Shown here one piece after another: positions 28,080 through 37,300 of a stretch of 64,000 nucleotides of DNA. How positions within the stretch are numbered: the first letter of the stretch is position 1; the number at the start of each line of letters is the position of its first letter. Both the position numbers and the translations under genes were made by a program. The stretch lies in assembly GCA_023229865.1 (NCBI GenBank), contig JALNYL010000003.1, positions 22,109 through 86,108 on the forward strand. Reading direction: 5' to 3'. The notes beneath the pieces are model-generated. The model had not been told where the DNA came from and did no database searches. It saw only the letters and a list, made by a program, of their open reading frames with translations. Source of the DNA: Minisyncoccota bacterium (GTDB taxonomy: Bacteria; Patescibacteriota; Minisyncoccia; Phycocordibacterales; UBA1550).

Positions 28080-29426
28080 TTACGACAACAATCGCTGCTG
28101 TGCATTTTCAATACGGCGCATTGTCGCTTCCCTACCGAGAATCCCTGCTAGCTGAAATGGGTCAGGAGACTTCTCGCGACCAGAGAGTGCATAGCGCATT
28201 GGCCAGAGCACACTCCCCCTCCCTACCTCGGTCGCATAATCCCAAACAGAGGCTTTAATGGTCTCAGGAGTAAAAAGTGCGTCATCGATACCTCCGATAA
28301 GGGTAAGAATCTTTTGTAATTTTTCTGAAGCAACCACTGGATCACGTTCGTCTTTCCACAAAAGTTGCTCTACGGGGAATGTTGGATCTTCAAAGAAATA
28401 TGCGATCTCGCCCGCTTCTGCCATCTCAGTGATTTGCCCAAAGTGTGTAATGTGCTCAACGAGGAGCGGGGTGATACGGAGAAGTTTCTCATGAGAATAT
28501 CCAGGAAGTGTTGTGATAGACGCAGGGAGTGCGCGCTCAATGTGCGCACATTGTTCTTCTACACTCAAACGTTTGATGTGTTCCTTGTTAACCCAGTCGA
28601 GCTTTTCGAGATTGAAAAATCCCGGACTCTTTTGAACACGCTCTAGTGTAAAAGCCTGCACGAGCTCTTCTTTGGTAAAGATCTCTTGCTCGGTCCCCGG
28701 GTTCCAGCCCACGAGTGCAAGGAAGTTAAGGATTGCTTCTGGTAAATATCCGCGGTCACGATAGTAGGTCAAAGGCTGTGCGCCACGACGCTTCGAAAGC
28801 TTGGCACGCTTCTCATCAACCACGAGTGGCAAGTGTGCGTAATTTGGGATTGGGTATCCAAGGGCTTCATGGAGCAAGATTTGGCGAGGAGTATTGGCGA
28901 TATGGTCTTCGCCACGCACGATGTGTGTCACCCCCATCGTCGCATCATCAACGACAACCGCGAGGTGGAAAAGTGGCTCGTGAATATTTTTTGCAATAAC
29001 AAAATCACCGAGGTCAGTAGTATCAATCTCGATTGGTCCGCGGATAATGTCGTTGAACATCACGCGCTTATTGGGATTTTTGAAACGCACAATCTCACGG
29101 ATAACCCCTGAGCCATCCTTTGCTTCTTCCTTTGAAATATACGCGTTACCCTCCGCAATAAGATACTCGAGGGCTTTGGTGTGATTTGCGACGAGCTCGC
29201 TTTGACGATGAAACTCATCATACTCGAGACCAAGCCACGCGAGAGATTCAAGAATATTTTCTTCATATTCTTTTTTAGAACGCTCGCGGTCGGTATCTTC
29301 GATGCGGACAATAAATTTACCTCCTTGCTTGCGTGCAAAAAGATACGAGAAGACCGCGGTGCGATAATTGCCTCCGTGAAGAAGTCCTGTTGGTGATGGT
29401 GCGAATCGTGTAACAATATTGGTCAT
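28080..29426 (-). CDS. gltX: Glutamate--tRNA ligase
   Basis: RFAPSPTG, RIEDTD, RGEDH, KLSKR. Confidence 0.97.
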   Translation of the reverse strand: MTNIVTRFAPSPTGLLHGGNYRTAVFSYLFARKQGGKFIVRIEDTDRERSKKEYEENILESLAWLGLEYDEFHRQSELVANHTKALEYLIAEGNAYISKEEAKDGSGVIREIVRFKNPNKRVMFNDIIRGPIEIDTTDLGDFVIAKNIHEPLFHLAVVVDDATMGVTHIVRGEDHIANTPRQILLHEALGYPIPNYAHLPLVVDEKRAKLSKRRGAQPLTYYRDRGYLPEAILNFLALVGWNPGTEQEIFTKEELVQAFTLERVQKSPGFFNLEKLDWVNKEHIKRLSVEEQCAHIERALPASITTLPGYSHEKLLRITPLLVEHITHFGQITEMAEAGEIAYFFEDPTFPVEQLLWKDERDPVVASEKLQKILTLIGGIDDALFTPETIKASVWDYATEVGRGSVLWPMRYALSGREKSPDPFQLAGILGREATMRRIENAQQRLLS

Positions 29427-29433
29427 ACTATTT

Positions 29434-30567
29434 TTATTTTACTCCCTGGTGACGCAAGAGCACGGCGACGATCTGCTCAGCAATTCTTTCTGCGGCATCT
29501 GTGCGTGAAAAAACTTTTGCAGCTTCTTTCATGCGCGCGCGCTTCTCGCTATCCTTCATCAAGTTATCAACTTCTGAGAACAAAAGATTTGGGGCGAGAT
29601 TTGCCTCTTCGATAACTACGGCTCCCCCCGCACGTGCGTATGCAAACGCATTCTTGCGCTGATGATCGCCCACGTGGTTTGCGATAGGAATGAGAATAGC
29701 AGGAATCCCCCATGCCGCAATTTCAAAAATCGCAGAGCCGGCACGTGAGACAACTACGGTCGCTGCTTCTGCGCAAAGCTTCATTGTCTCAGAATCCATA
29801 TAACCATAGATGTGATAGCGGCTCGCGTTTGGATGACCAGCCAAAAGACCTGACACAGTCGTGCGCACTTCTTCTACGTTTGCCTCACCTGTCTGATGAA
29901 TGACTTGATACTCTCCCACAAGACGTGTTGCGAGAGTTTCCAACTGGCTGTTGATATTGCGCGCACCCTGTGAGCCACCAAGAACAAGGAGTACAGGGAT
30001 ATTGGGATCGAGGCCAAGCTCTTTAAAAGCGTCTTTGCCGGTCGGGCGAATGATTTCTTCACGAATAGGATTGCCCGTAAGTGCAGTACGACCTGCGGGG
30101 AAAAACTGTGCGGCTTCAGCATACGAAATAGCCACCTTCTGCGCAAACTGACCAGCCCAAGCGTTTACACGACCAGGCACGCTGTCTGACTCGTGGAGGA
30201 TAACGGGAATACGGAAGAGACGCGCTGCAACGAGTACAGGGAAACTCGGATAGCCACCCTTACCAAAAACAACATCGGGGTAAAGCGCGAAGAGTTGAAA
30301 AATTGCTTTCACAACACCCCAACCTGTTTTGAAGAAATCAAAAAAGTTTTGGATGGATGCGTATGCGCGCATCTTGCCTGCGGTCACCTGCTTGAACTTG
30401 ATTTTGTTGTCATACAAAAGGCGCTCGTTGTAGGGCTCGGTCGACATGTAGTAAAAATCTACATTGGCGATTTTTTCTGCCTCAAGCATTGTGTTTAGTT
30501 TTTCTGCAACGGCGATGATTGGATAAAAATGTCCACCACTGCCGCCTCCGGTAAAAAGAATCTTCAT
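29434..30567 (-). CDS. murG: Lipid II GlcNAc transferase
   Basis: TGGGSGGH, HESD..PG..N, TGNPIR, GGSQGA, HQRKNA. Confidence 0.97.
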   Translation of the reverse strand: MKILFTGGGSGGHFYPIIAVAEKLNTMLEAEKIANVDFYYMSTEPYNERLLYDNKIKFKQVTAGKMRAYASIQNFFDFFKTGWGVVKAIFQLFALYPDVVFGKGGYPSFPVLVAARLFRIPVILHESDSVPGRVNAWAGQFAQKVAISYAEAAQFFPAGRTALTGNPIREEIIRPTGKDAFKELGLDPNIPVLLVLGGSQGARNINSQLETLATRLVGEYQVIHQTGEANVEEVRTTVSGLLAGHPNASRYHIYGYMDSETMKLCAEAATVVVSRAGSAIFEIAAWGIPAILIPIANHVGDHQRKNAFAYARAGGAVVIEEANLAPNLLFSEVDNLMKDSEKRARMKEAAKVFSRTDAAERIAEQIVAVLLRHQGVK

Positions 30568-30568
30568 A

Positions 30569-31672
30569 TTATGATTTTGCTGATTTTGAAATATTAAGGA
30601 GTATCCCTATCTCGAGAAACGAAAAAAGGAGCGCAGTCCCGCCATGACTCACAAAAACCAAAGGAACCCCCGTAAGAGGAATGAGTCCTAGCATCGCCGC
30701 GATATTCGCAAATGACTGCGATACTATCAGTATAACAATTCCAACGGCTAAAAGCGACTCGAACATTCCGGGGGCTTTTTGAGCAATCATGATGCCACGC
30801 ACCGCAAAAAGAAGGAATAAAATGATGATAGTCACCCCTCCCAAAAAGCCAAACTCCTCCCCCACTACCGCAAAAACGGAGTCTCCTGTCGGCTCAGGAA
30901 GTGAGCTAAATTTTTGAATACTCTGCCCAAATCCGCGCCCCGTAATCCCGCCTGACCCAATCGCGAGAAGTGACTTTTGGATCTGATAACTCGCACCTTG
31001 AGGATCACGCGATGGATCAAAAAAAGTAAGGATGCGCTCCCCCACATACGGACGCACCATTGCGAGCACTCCAATAGCGAGCACGCTTACCAAAATGATA
31101 AGCATGAAATGACGAATCTTCATCCCTGCCGCGAGAAGCATCGCAACGATTGCCGCAAAGAGTACCGCAAATGTCCCCGTGTCAGGCTCAGCAAGAAGCA
31201 CGATTGCAGGAAAAAGAAGGAGGCCGCCTGCGACCATAAGCGCGTATTTGAGCGCGCCAATGCGTTCTTTAAAAAGTGGAAGGAGTGCTGCGGCGTAAAT
31301 AATCGCGCCGAGCTTGAGAAGCTCTGAAGGTTGAAACGAGATAAAACCGAGATCTATCCAGCGATGCGCGCCACCGTGCTCGAGCCCAATGACTGGAGCG
31401 AATACAAGAAGTGTCGCCAAAATAGAACCCATGAAAATATAGAGCGCATTGGTTTGCAAAAGTTTAAGCGGAAACTTAAATGCGACAACCGTAGCTACGA
31501 TAATACCAAGAAAGAGCCCAAGGACAACCTGATCAAACAAAAGATCCTGCAGAGAAAATCCTTTGCGCGCAAAGAGTCCAAATGACGCCGAAGTAAAAAC
31601 AAAAAGCCCCACGAGCGCAAGCGCTGCAGTGATGGTCAAAAAAACTTTATCGATTGATTGTTTTTTTCTCAT
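30569..31672 (-). CDS. ftsW: SEDS peptidoglycan glycosyltransferase FtsW
   Basis: RWI, FQPSE, EPDTG, LPEPTGD, PLTGVPL..S.GG; lies between mraY and murG. Confidence 0.93.
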   Translation of the reverse strand: MRKKQSIDKVFLTITAALALVGLFVFTSASFGLFARKGFSLQDLLFDQVVLGLFLGIIVATVVAFKFPLKLLQTNALYIFMGSILATLLVFAPVIGLEHGGAHRWIDLGFISFQPSELLKLGAIIYAAALLPLFKERIGALKYALMVAGGLLLFPAIVLLAEPDTGTFAVLFAAIVAMLLAAGMKIRHFMLIILVSVLAIGVLAMVRPYVGERILTFFDPSRDPQGASYQIQKSLLAIGSGGITGRGFGQSIQKFSSLPEPTGDSVFAVVGEEFGFLGGVTIIILFLLFAVRGIMIAQKAPGMFESLLAVGIVILIVSQSFANIAAMLGLIPLTGVPLVFVSHGGTALLFSFLEIGILLNISKSAKS

Positions 31673-31673
31673 A

Positions 31674-32738
31674 TCATCCAACAAGCGCGATTATGGTACC
31701 AAGGAGCGCGAGCACAACCGAGATGACCCAGTAGCGCATCACGACCTTATAAGGGGGCCAACCTTTCGCCTGAAAATGATTGTGGAGAGGTGCAACAAGA
31801 AAAACTTTTTTACCATTGCGGAGTTTCTTTGAAGCAATTTGGATGATGCTTGAGGCGCTCGTCGCAATGAGGAGAAATGCAATGATAGGAAGCACGAGCA
31901 CTGCCTTGGTGAGGAACGCGACGACGGTGAGCGCTGTTGTGAGGGCCATGGTCCCCGTCTCAGAATTGAAAAATCGCGCAGGAGGAATATTGAACCAGAG
32001 AAACGCGAGGAGCCCTCCCGCTACCACGCTTGAGAACGCCGCAAGGTCGATTTGTCCTTGAGCAAATGCGATGACTGCATACGCAGTAAAGATAGATGCA
32101 AAGACGCCACCCGAGAGCCCGTCGATACCGTCAATGATACCTCCCGAGTAAATACCAATCATAAAAATAATAAAGAGCGGGATGAACCAGAGCCCGAGAT
32201 GTGCATCACCAACAAACGGCACATGCACGCTATCCATGCCGAGCTTTGCATAAAACCACCATGCGCCAAGTGTCGCGAGTGAAAACACAAACGCGAGTCT
32301 CACACGGAGTGAGAGCCCCCCGCCTGCATAGGTCCCCGCATCACGACAAACAAGGTAGTCATCAATGAGACCAAAGAGCCCACCCGCGATAAGGGTGAAA
32401 AGTGGGAGCCATGTCTGATTGCGCGAGAGGAATGAAAGCTTTTCAAAAGGTGTATCGGGGAAAAGCGTGGCGAGTACAAAAAAGACAATCGCTGTGATGA
32501 ATACCGAGCCCCAAACCACAATACCACCCATGCGAGGAGTTTTTCTCTCTTCGTCATTATGGAGCTTGCTCGTGATCGTCGCACTCTCCCCGCTCATCGC
32601 GAGCTTCACGCTCGACTTCTTCCACATCTTGTGACGATAAAGAAAACCCGTAAGAATCGGTGTTATTGCTACCCCCGTAACAAAGGCGGCAATAGCTGGA
32701 ATAAGGATTTTAACAACGTCGATAGGCATAATATTCAC
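31674..32738 (-). CDS. mraY: Phospho-MurNAc-pentapeptide transferase
   Basis: TPRMGG, DD, DGIDGL, WFN..PA, APLHNHF. Confidence 0.95.
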   Translation of the reverse strand: MNIMPIDVVKILIPAIAAFVTGVAITPILTGFLYRHKMWKKSSVKLAMSGESATITSKLHNDEERKTPRMGGIVVWGSVFITAIVFFVLATLFPDTPFEKLSFLSRNQTWLPLFTLIAGGLFGLIDDYLVCRDAGTYAGGGLSLRVRLAFVFSLATLGAWWFYAKLGMDSVHVPFVGDAHLGLWFIPLFIIFMIGIYSGGIIDGIDGLSGGVFASIFTAYAVIAFAQGQIDLAAFSSVVAGGLLAFLWFNIPPARFFNSETGTMALTTALTVVAFLTKAVLVLPIIAFLLIATSASSIIQIASKKLRNGKKVFLVAPLHNHFQAKGWPPYKVVMRYWVISVVLALLGTIIALVG

Positions 32739-32863
32739 CTATTATATAGAAATTAGGAGCAAACGACAAACAATAATGACTCCCCGCCTTTCTAATTCCA
32801 TCCTGAGCCCCTCAAGGAATGAGCAGGTGGTAATGCGGGCACTCTTGGTTCCAAAAAGATTTT

Positions 32864-33301
32864 TTAGGAATTCTTTTTGAGGGATCCGTTAAGAATAATG
32901 AGGGTAGAAATTATTGCATACAGAAATGTCAAAAATATACCAACCAAATCTTTTGATATTGCAAAAAATGCATCTCCCTCATACCAAGGAGTAATTATTA
33001 CAATAAATAAATAAATAAATAAATAAATAAAGGTAAATTTTTGCCAAAAAACAAACATAGATTGTTTCTTAAAGAAAAGCATTAGCACAGAGAACAGCGC
33101 AACTCCGAAGGCAATAAAACTAATGACGGTTGCAAAATGACATGTAGTTACCCAATATGCAAACCTCTCGTCTTGCCCGATATTTAAACACAGCCCCGAG
33201 TCAGTTTTTATTAAATATCTCGAAAAAGGATAGAGGGAAGCGAAAATTATACTAATAAGAAACATTTTCCCTTGCGTAAACCAATTCAGTATTTTTTGCA
33301 T
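32864..33301 (-). CDS. 4-TM hypothetical protein with a Cys-x-Cys loop (variable family member)
   Basis: MQKILNWFTQ start, four hydrophobic helices, KQSMFVFWQKF, PWYEGD. Confidence 0.8.
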   Translation of the reverse strand: MQKILNWFTQGKMFLISIIFASLYPFSRYLIKTDSGLCLNIGQDERFAYWVTTCHFATVISFIAFGVALFSVLMLFFKKQSMFVFWQKFTFIYLFIYLFIVIITPWYEGDAFFAISKDLVGIFLTFLYAIISTLIILNGSLKKNS

Positions 33302-33600
33302 AATATATTTTAATTAACTTTTTTAATATCCAGACACAAAACACCTACCCTTCAAACCTAACCCCCACCACATCAGTCTGCGTGATACCGTTGACCGTCG
33401 TGGTAATAGTTATATTTTCTTGGGTTGTTGCGAGGCTTTGAGGGAAGAAGAGTGAGAACTTCGTTTGCTTGCGGTCGTCGCCGTCTTTATGCTCTTCCTC
33501 TTGAACAACGCTCATCATAGTGAAATTACCAGTGATATTGGTCAGGAAAGGTACATCTTTCTTGATACCAGTCACTTTTACGGTCAGCTCAAGGGGTTGC
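33273..33600. repeat. Direct repeat copy 1 (giant-protein 3' end + spacer + MQKILNWFTQ codons)
   Basis: Aligns by eye with about 34067-34397 at an offset of about 795 bp. Confidence 0.85.
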
Positions 33601-33644
33601 CCCCCCGTTTCTTCTCGTTTCTCTTTGGGTGGGGGCGGAGGCAA
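33345..33644 (-). pseudogene. Orphan duplicate of the last ~87 aa of the 1658-aa protein
   Basis: VVQEEEH.DGDDRKQTKFSLFFPQSL.TTQENITI.TTVNGITQTDVV.VRFE shared; weak TTG start with a poly-Pro junction. Confidence 0.8.
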
Positions 33645-33656
33645 CTATTTGTTTCA

Positions 33657-34095
33657 TTACCGTTGGTCTTTTTGAAGAGATTTGTAGAGGATATAGATTA
33701 ACGAAAACAAGACATAACCAACTGAAACAATCAGCGCGATAATATCTTTTTCAATATGCAAAAACTCATCACCAGAATACCAAGGAACCAAGATTAATAT
33801 TGCTATATACACATATATATAGTTCATTAATGTTATTTTCCATGACTCAAAAACATGTTTTTTTGTAAAGAACATAACTACAGACGGGATAAATATCGTA
33901 GCCCCAATCAACAATATTAATCTAAAATATTTTACACTACTCATACACACACTCCCCCAGGAAAGATTCCAGTTCATGCAGTAATCATACAAAGAACTCA
34001 TTGCGCTTATTTGAAACAAAATACCAAACCCAATAATTCCAACTATCCCAATAGCAAACGTTTTTTTGTGTAAACCAATTCAATATTTTTTGCAT
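33657..34095 (-). pseudogene. 4-TM family paralogue frameshifted in an A7 tract
   Basis: ATG 34095 (MQKILNWFTQ) is 76 nt upstream of, and out of frame with, ORF 33657-34019; T7 run at 34061-34067. Confidence 0.75.
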
Positions 34096-34397
34096 AATAT
34101 ATATTACTAACTAATTATTAATATCCAGACTCAAAACACTCACTCCTCAAACCTCACCTCCACCACGTCCGTCTGAGTAATACCATTCACCGTCGTGACA
34201 ATAGTGATATTTTCTTGAGTTGTCGTGAGGCTTTGCGGGAAAAACAACGAGAATTTCGTTTGTTTCCGGTCATCACCATCACTATGTTCTTCCTCTTGTA
34301 CCACATTGAGGGTTGTAAAGTTCCCCGAGATATTTGCGGTAAATGGCGTGTCTCTCTTTGCTCCACTCATCTTCACCGTAAGAACAAGCGGTTGTCC
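34067..34397. repeat. Direct repeat copy 2
   Basis: Counterpart of 33273-33600. Confidence 0.85.
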
Positions 34398-37300
34398 TTT
34401 CTTGAGTTTGATGGTGTCATCTGATTTTAGAAGAAGTGACGTACTATGCTCTGTATCTTTGTACTTATACTGAAGTTGAGCAGACTGAGTCTTGTCGTAG
34501 ATAGTGACAGAGGAGGTCTGAGAGGTAGAGATATTTGCAGTGGTATTGATAATAGCGAGAGTAATAGGAGCACTTGCAAATTTGAATTCTTTGTCGAGAT
34601 CATGTCTTTTCTCTTCATCTAACTCATTATCCCACTTGTCCTTGAGAGATTTGCGCTCCTTCGAGTTGCCTTTCTTGGTAGCGATGGTGAATGTGTAATT
34701 CCTAAGCTCTTTGGTATCTTGAAGGAACGTGATTGAGATGACGCCATCAGCAGTTGTGACTGCTGCAGGAACAATTGTCCCCGCGTTGTCTTTTACAGGA
34801 TTAGCACCTACTTGATAATAAGTATTTGAGAGCGTGAGGAGTACATTCCCCTTCCCTGCTACAGAGAATGGCAAGTCAAATGATTCCTTTTCCCATAGCG
34901 CATACTCGGTTGGAATGGTGAGATTTGCAAAGACGGTAGCATCAAATGGCTTCACGTCATCTTGGTTTGGTACTCCATCGCCATCTGGGTCAGCTTCAGG
35001 AGATGAGTAGATAGTTACGGCAATGCTTGAAGTTGCGATATTGCCCGCCATGTCTTGTGCGGTTATTAATATGTTTGTAACTCCTGGTGCAAACGTTTGA
35101 GTAAGGGGTGCATCTGTAGTGAATGTTGGGTTTGCATCAATACTATCACTAACGGTCACGGGGATAGTAAGGAGTGTACCATTTGCAGTAAGTTGCTCAG
35201 TGGATGTGTCTGACGCGAAGATTGTTGGTGCGACAGTGTCGATATTTAACACAAGAGTCTTTGGGGTTTCGCTGTTCTCATTATTATCTACGGAGTAATA
35301 CTGAATGGTAGTTGTGCCTTCTGTAGCAATAACTAGGGGCGTACTAGTGCTATACGTATTCCACGTAGTGCCATTATCAAGTGAGTACTTTGTAATTGCG
35401 ACCCCTGAAGATACTTCGCCAAGCGAAGCCACGTCGTCCGCGATGAGCGTGACGGTAACTTGAGATGTGTAGTATTCATTTAACCCGAGAGTACCTACTG
35501 GGGTTGCAGTGGTTACTGGTGCCGTGAGGTCGTTGCTTTCTTGCACAGAGACATCTGCTCCTGCGGTGTTGATGAGGTACGTCTTTTCTTCTGTTGGAGC
35601 AATGGTTTGATTCTCGAGAATTGGAGATGTGAAAATTCCTACAGCAGGGTCAATAGTACGAGCGTAGAGAGAATATGAATCAGTGGTTGTCGCCATCTGG
35701 CTTGCGATTTGTGGATTCTGTTTCAAGAACTCATCATTATCGTGTGCTGAGACGTAGTACTTTACCTGAGTACCTTCGGGAACATAGATCCACTCAGGGA
35801 TGCCTTGGTTATCACCCGAGACTATTGAGCCAGAGATTTGATTCTCATACTCCCCTGTTACATAGTTCACACCAACATGCTTGCCGTCAGGGGTGATTGC
35901 GTGGAGGTCGAGGTCGGGGGAAATTGAATTAAAGAGAGAAGAAGCAGGAACAACATTTCTTTTATTTTTACATGGATCTGGATTTTCTTTTGTCCTAAAA
36001 CTTCCACAAGTTGTGTCAAAATCTTTAGGAATATATCGAACTTCCCCAAGGAAAATGCGAAGAATGAACACAAGATACACAAGCCAAACCAAAGCTGTAG
36101 TAACCCACAGAAGCTTCACTAAGAACTTAGAAACTTTGTGTTTTGTGTTATTTTTTAAATCCTTCTTCTTATAAAGGACAAGCGCAATTAAACTTAGTAT
36201 CAAGAAAAAGACGGGGGTAGGAGCGGTGTCTTTTATAAAGTATGTTATTAAGTTAGTCGTAAATATTGCCCCCGCAGTAAAATTATGAGACACCCCCACC
36301 ACATTTGTTTGGATTGAGTCGTACAAATCGTTTTGCGGGCGAAGGATACTGCCTTTCATTTTATTCAAGAACGAACCAGGAGAAATGTCTTGTATTGAAG
36401 CTAATATTTTGTACTTCCCGTCAACATTTTCTTCTTCATTTGCTGAAATACGTACCCAGTTGTCAAGGTCGAGATACCCCTCTCCTGCTGGAGAAAGAAT
36501 GCCATCGTTTATTCCAAGTGTTCCTGCAGGAATTGTTATTCTTCGTTTTTGGTTTCGGATCGACTCGCTATCATATCCATACTCCTCAGGAGATCCACTT
36601 GCATCAACGCGATACAACACTAGGGCTTTATCCTCAGGAAGCGAGGAATCCCACGTTGAGAGATTCTTATTGCGTGCTTCAAGGATGTAGTATTGCTGTG
36701 TTGTTGTGGCAATATTGTCCTCCAAATTGTAACGGAAAATTGTGTCACCAAAATTGCTTGTTTCTAGAGAGTTTATCCAATGCGTGCCGTATTCGGCTTT
36801 TGAATGAACGTCTTCTTTTAGCCAGCCAAGAAATTCTTGGGTGTAGGAACTTAGATATGATGGATTGGTGCCATCATCATTATTTGCTCCACCATTCCAC
36901 TCACCAGCAGCCATAAGGTCCCATTGACCAACATTTCCCATTTTATATAAATCAGGGGTCATTGTACCCGCAGGATCAAGAATAACACCAACATTATGCG
37001 CCAATTCATGTACCCAGAAGCCCACTGGGTCTTGTTCGGCAATAATTAATTTATACGGAGCTTGTCCAAACAAAAGACCAAAGGGTGTCCAAGATAGAGT
37101 GTTCATCAAACTCAAGTTTTGAGATCTCTGTTCCGACTCTCCAGCATGCACAACTGCCACCACGTCAAACACACTTCCGCTTGCACTTACATCCTGCACT
37201 GAAAGTGCGACGGCATCCTTTACAAATTCATCTTCGCGGTCACCAATACCATATGATGCCTCAGTTTTTGTAGTCTTATACCACTGTCCTTCTTTATCAA

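Noticed and set aside
33002-33030. (AATA)n microsatellite
   Set aside because: It encodes the FIYLFIYLFI transmembrane stretch in frame; low-complexity coding sequence with no frameshift.
33273-34397. Diversity-generating retroelement TR/VR pair
   Set aside because: Differences are not confined to adenines on one strand, many look synonymous, and no reverse transcriptase is in the window.
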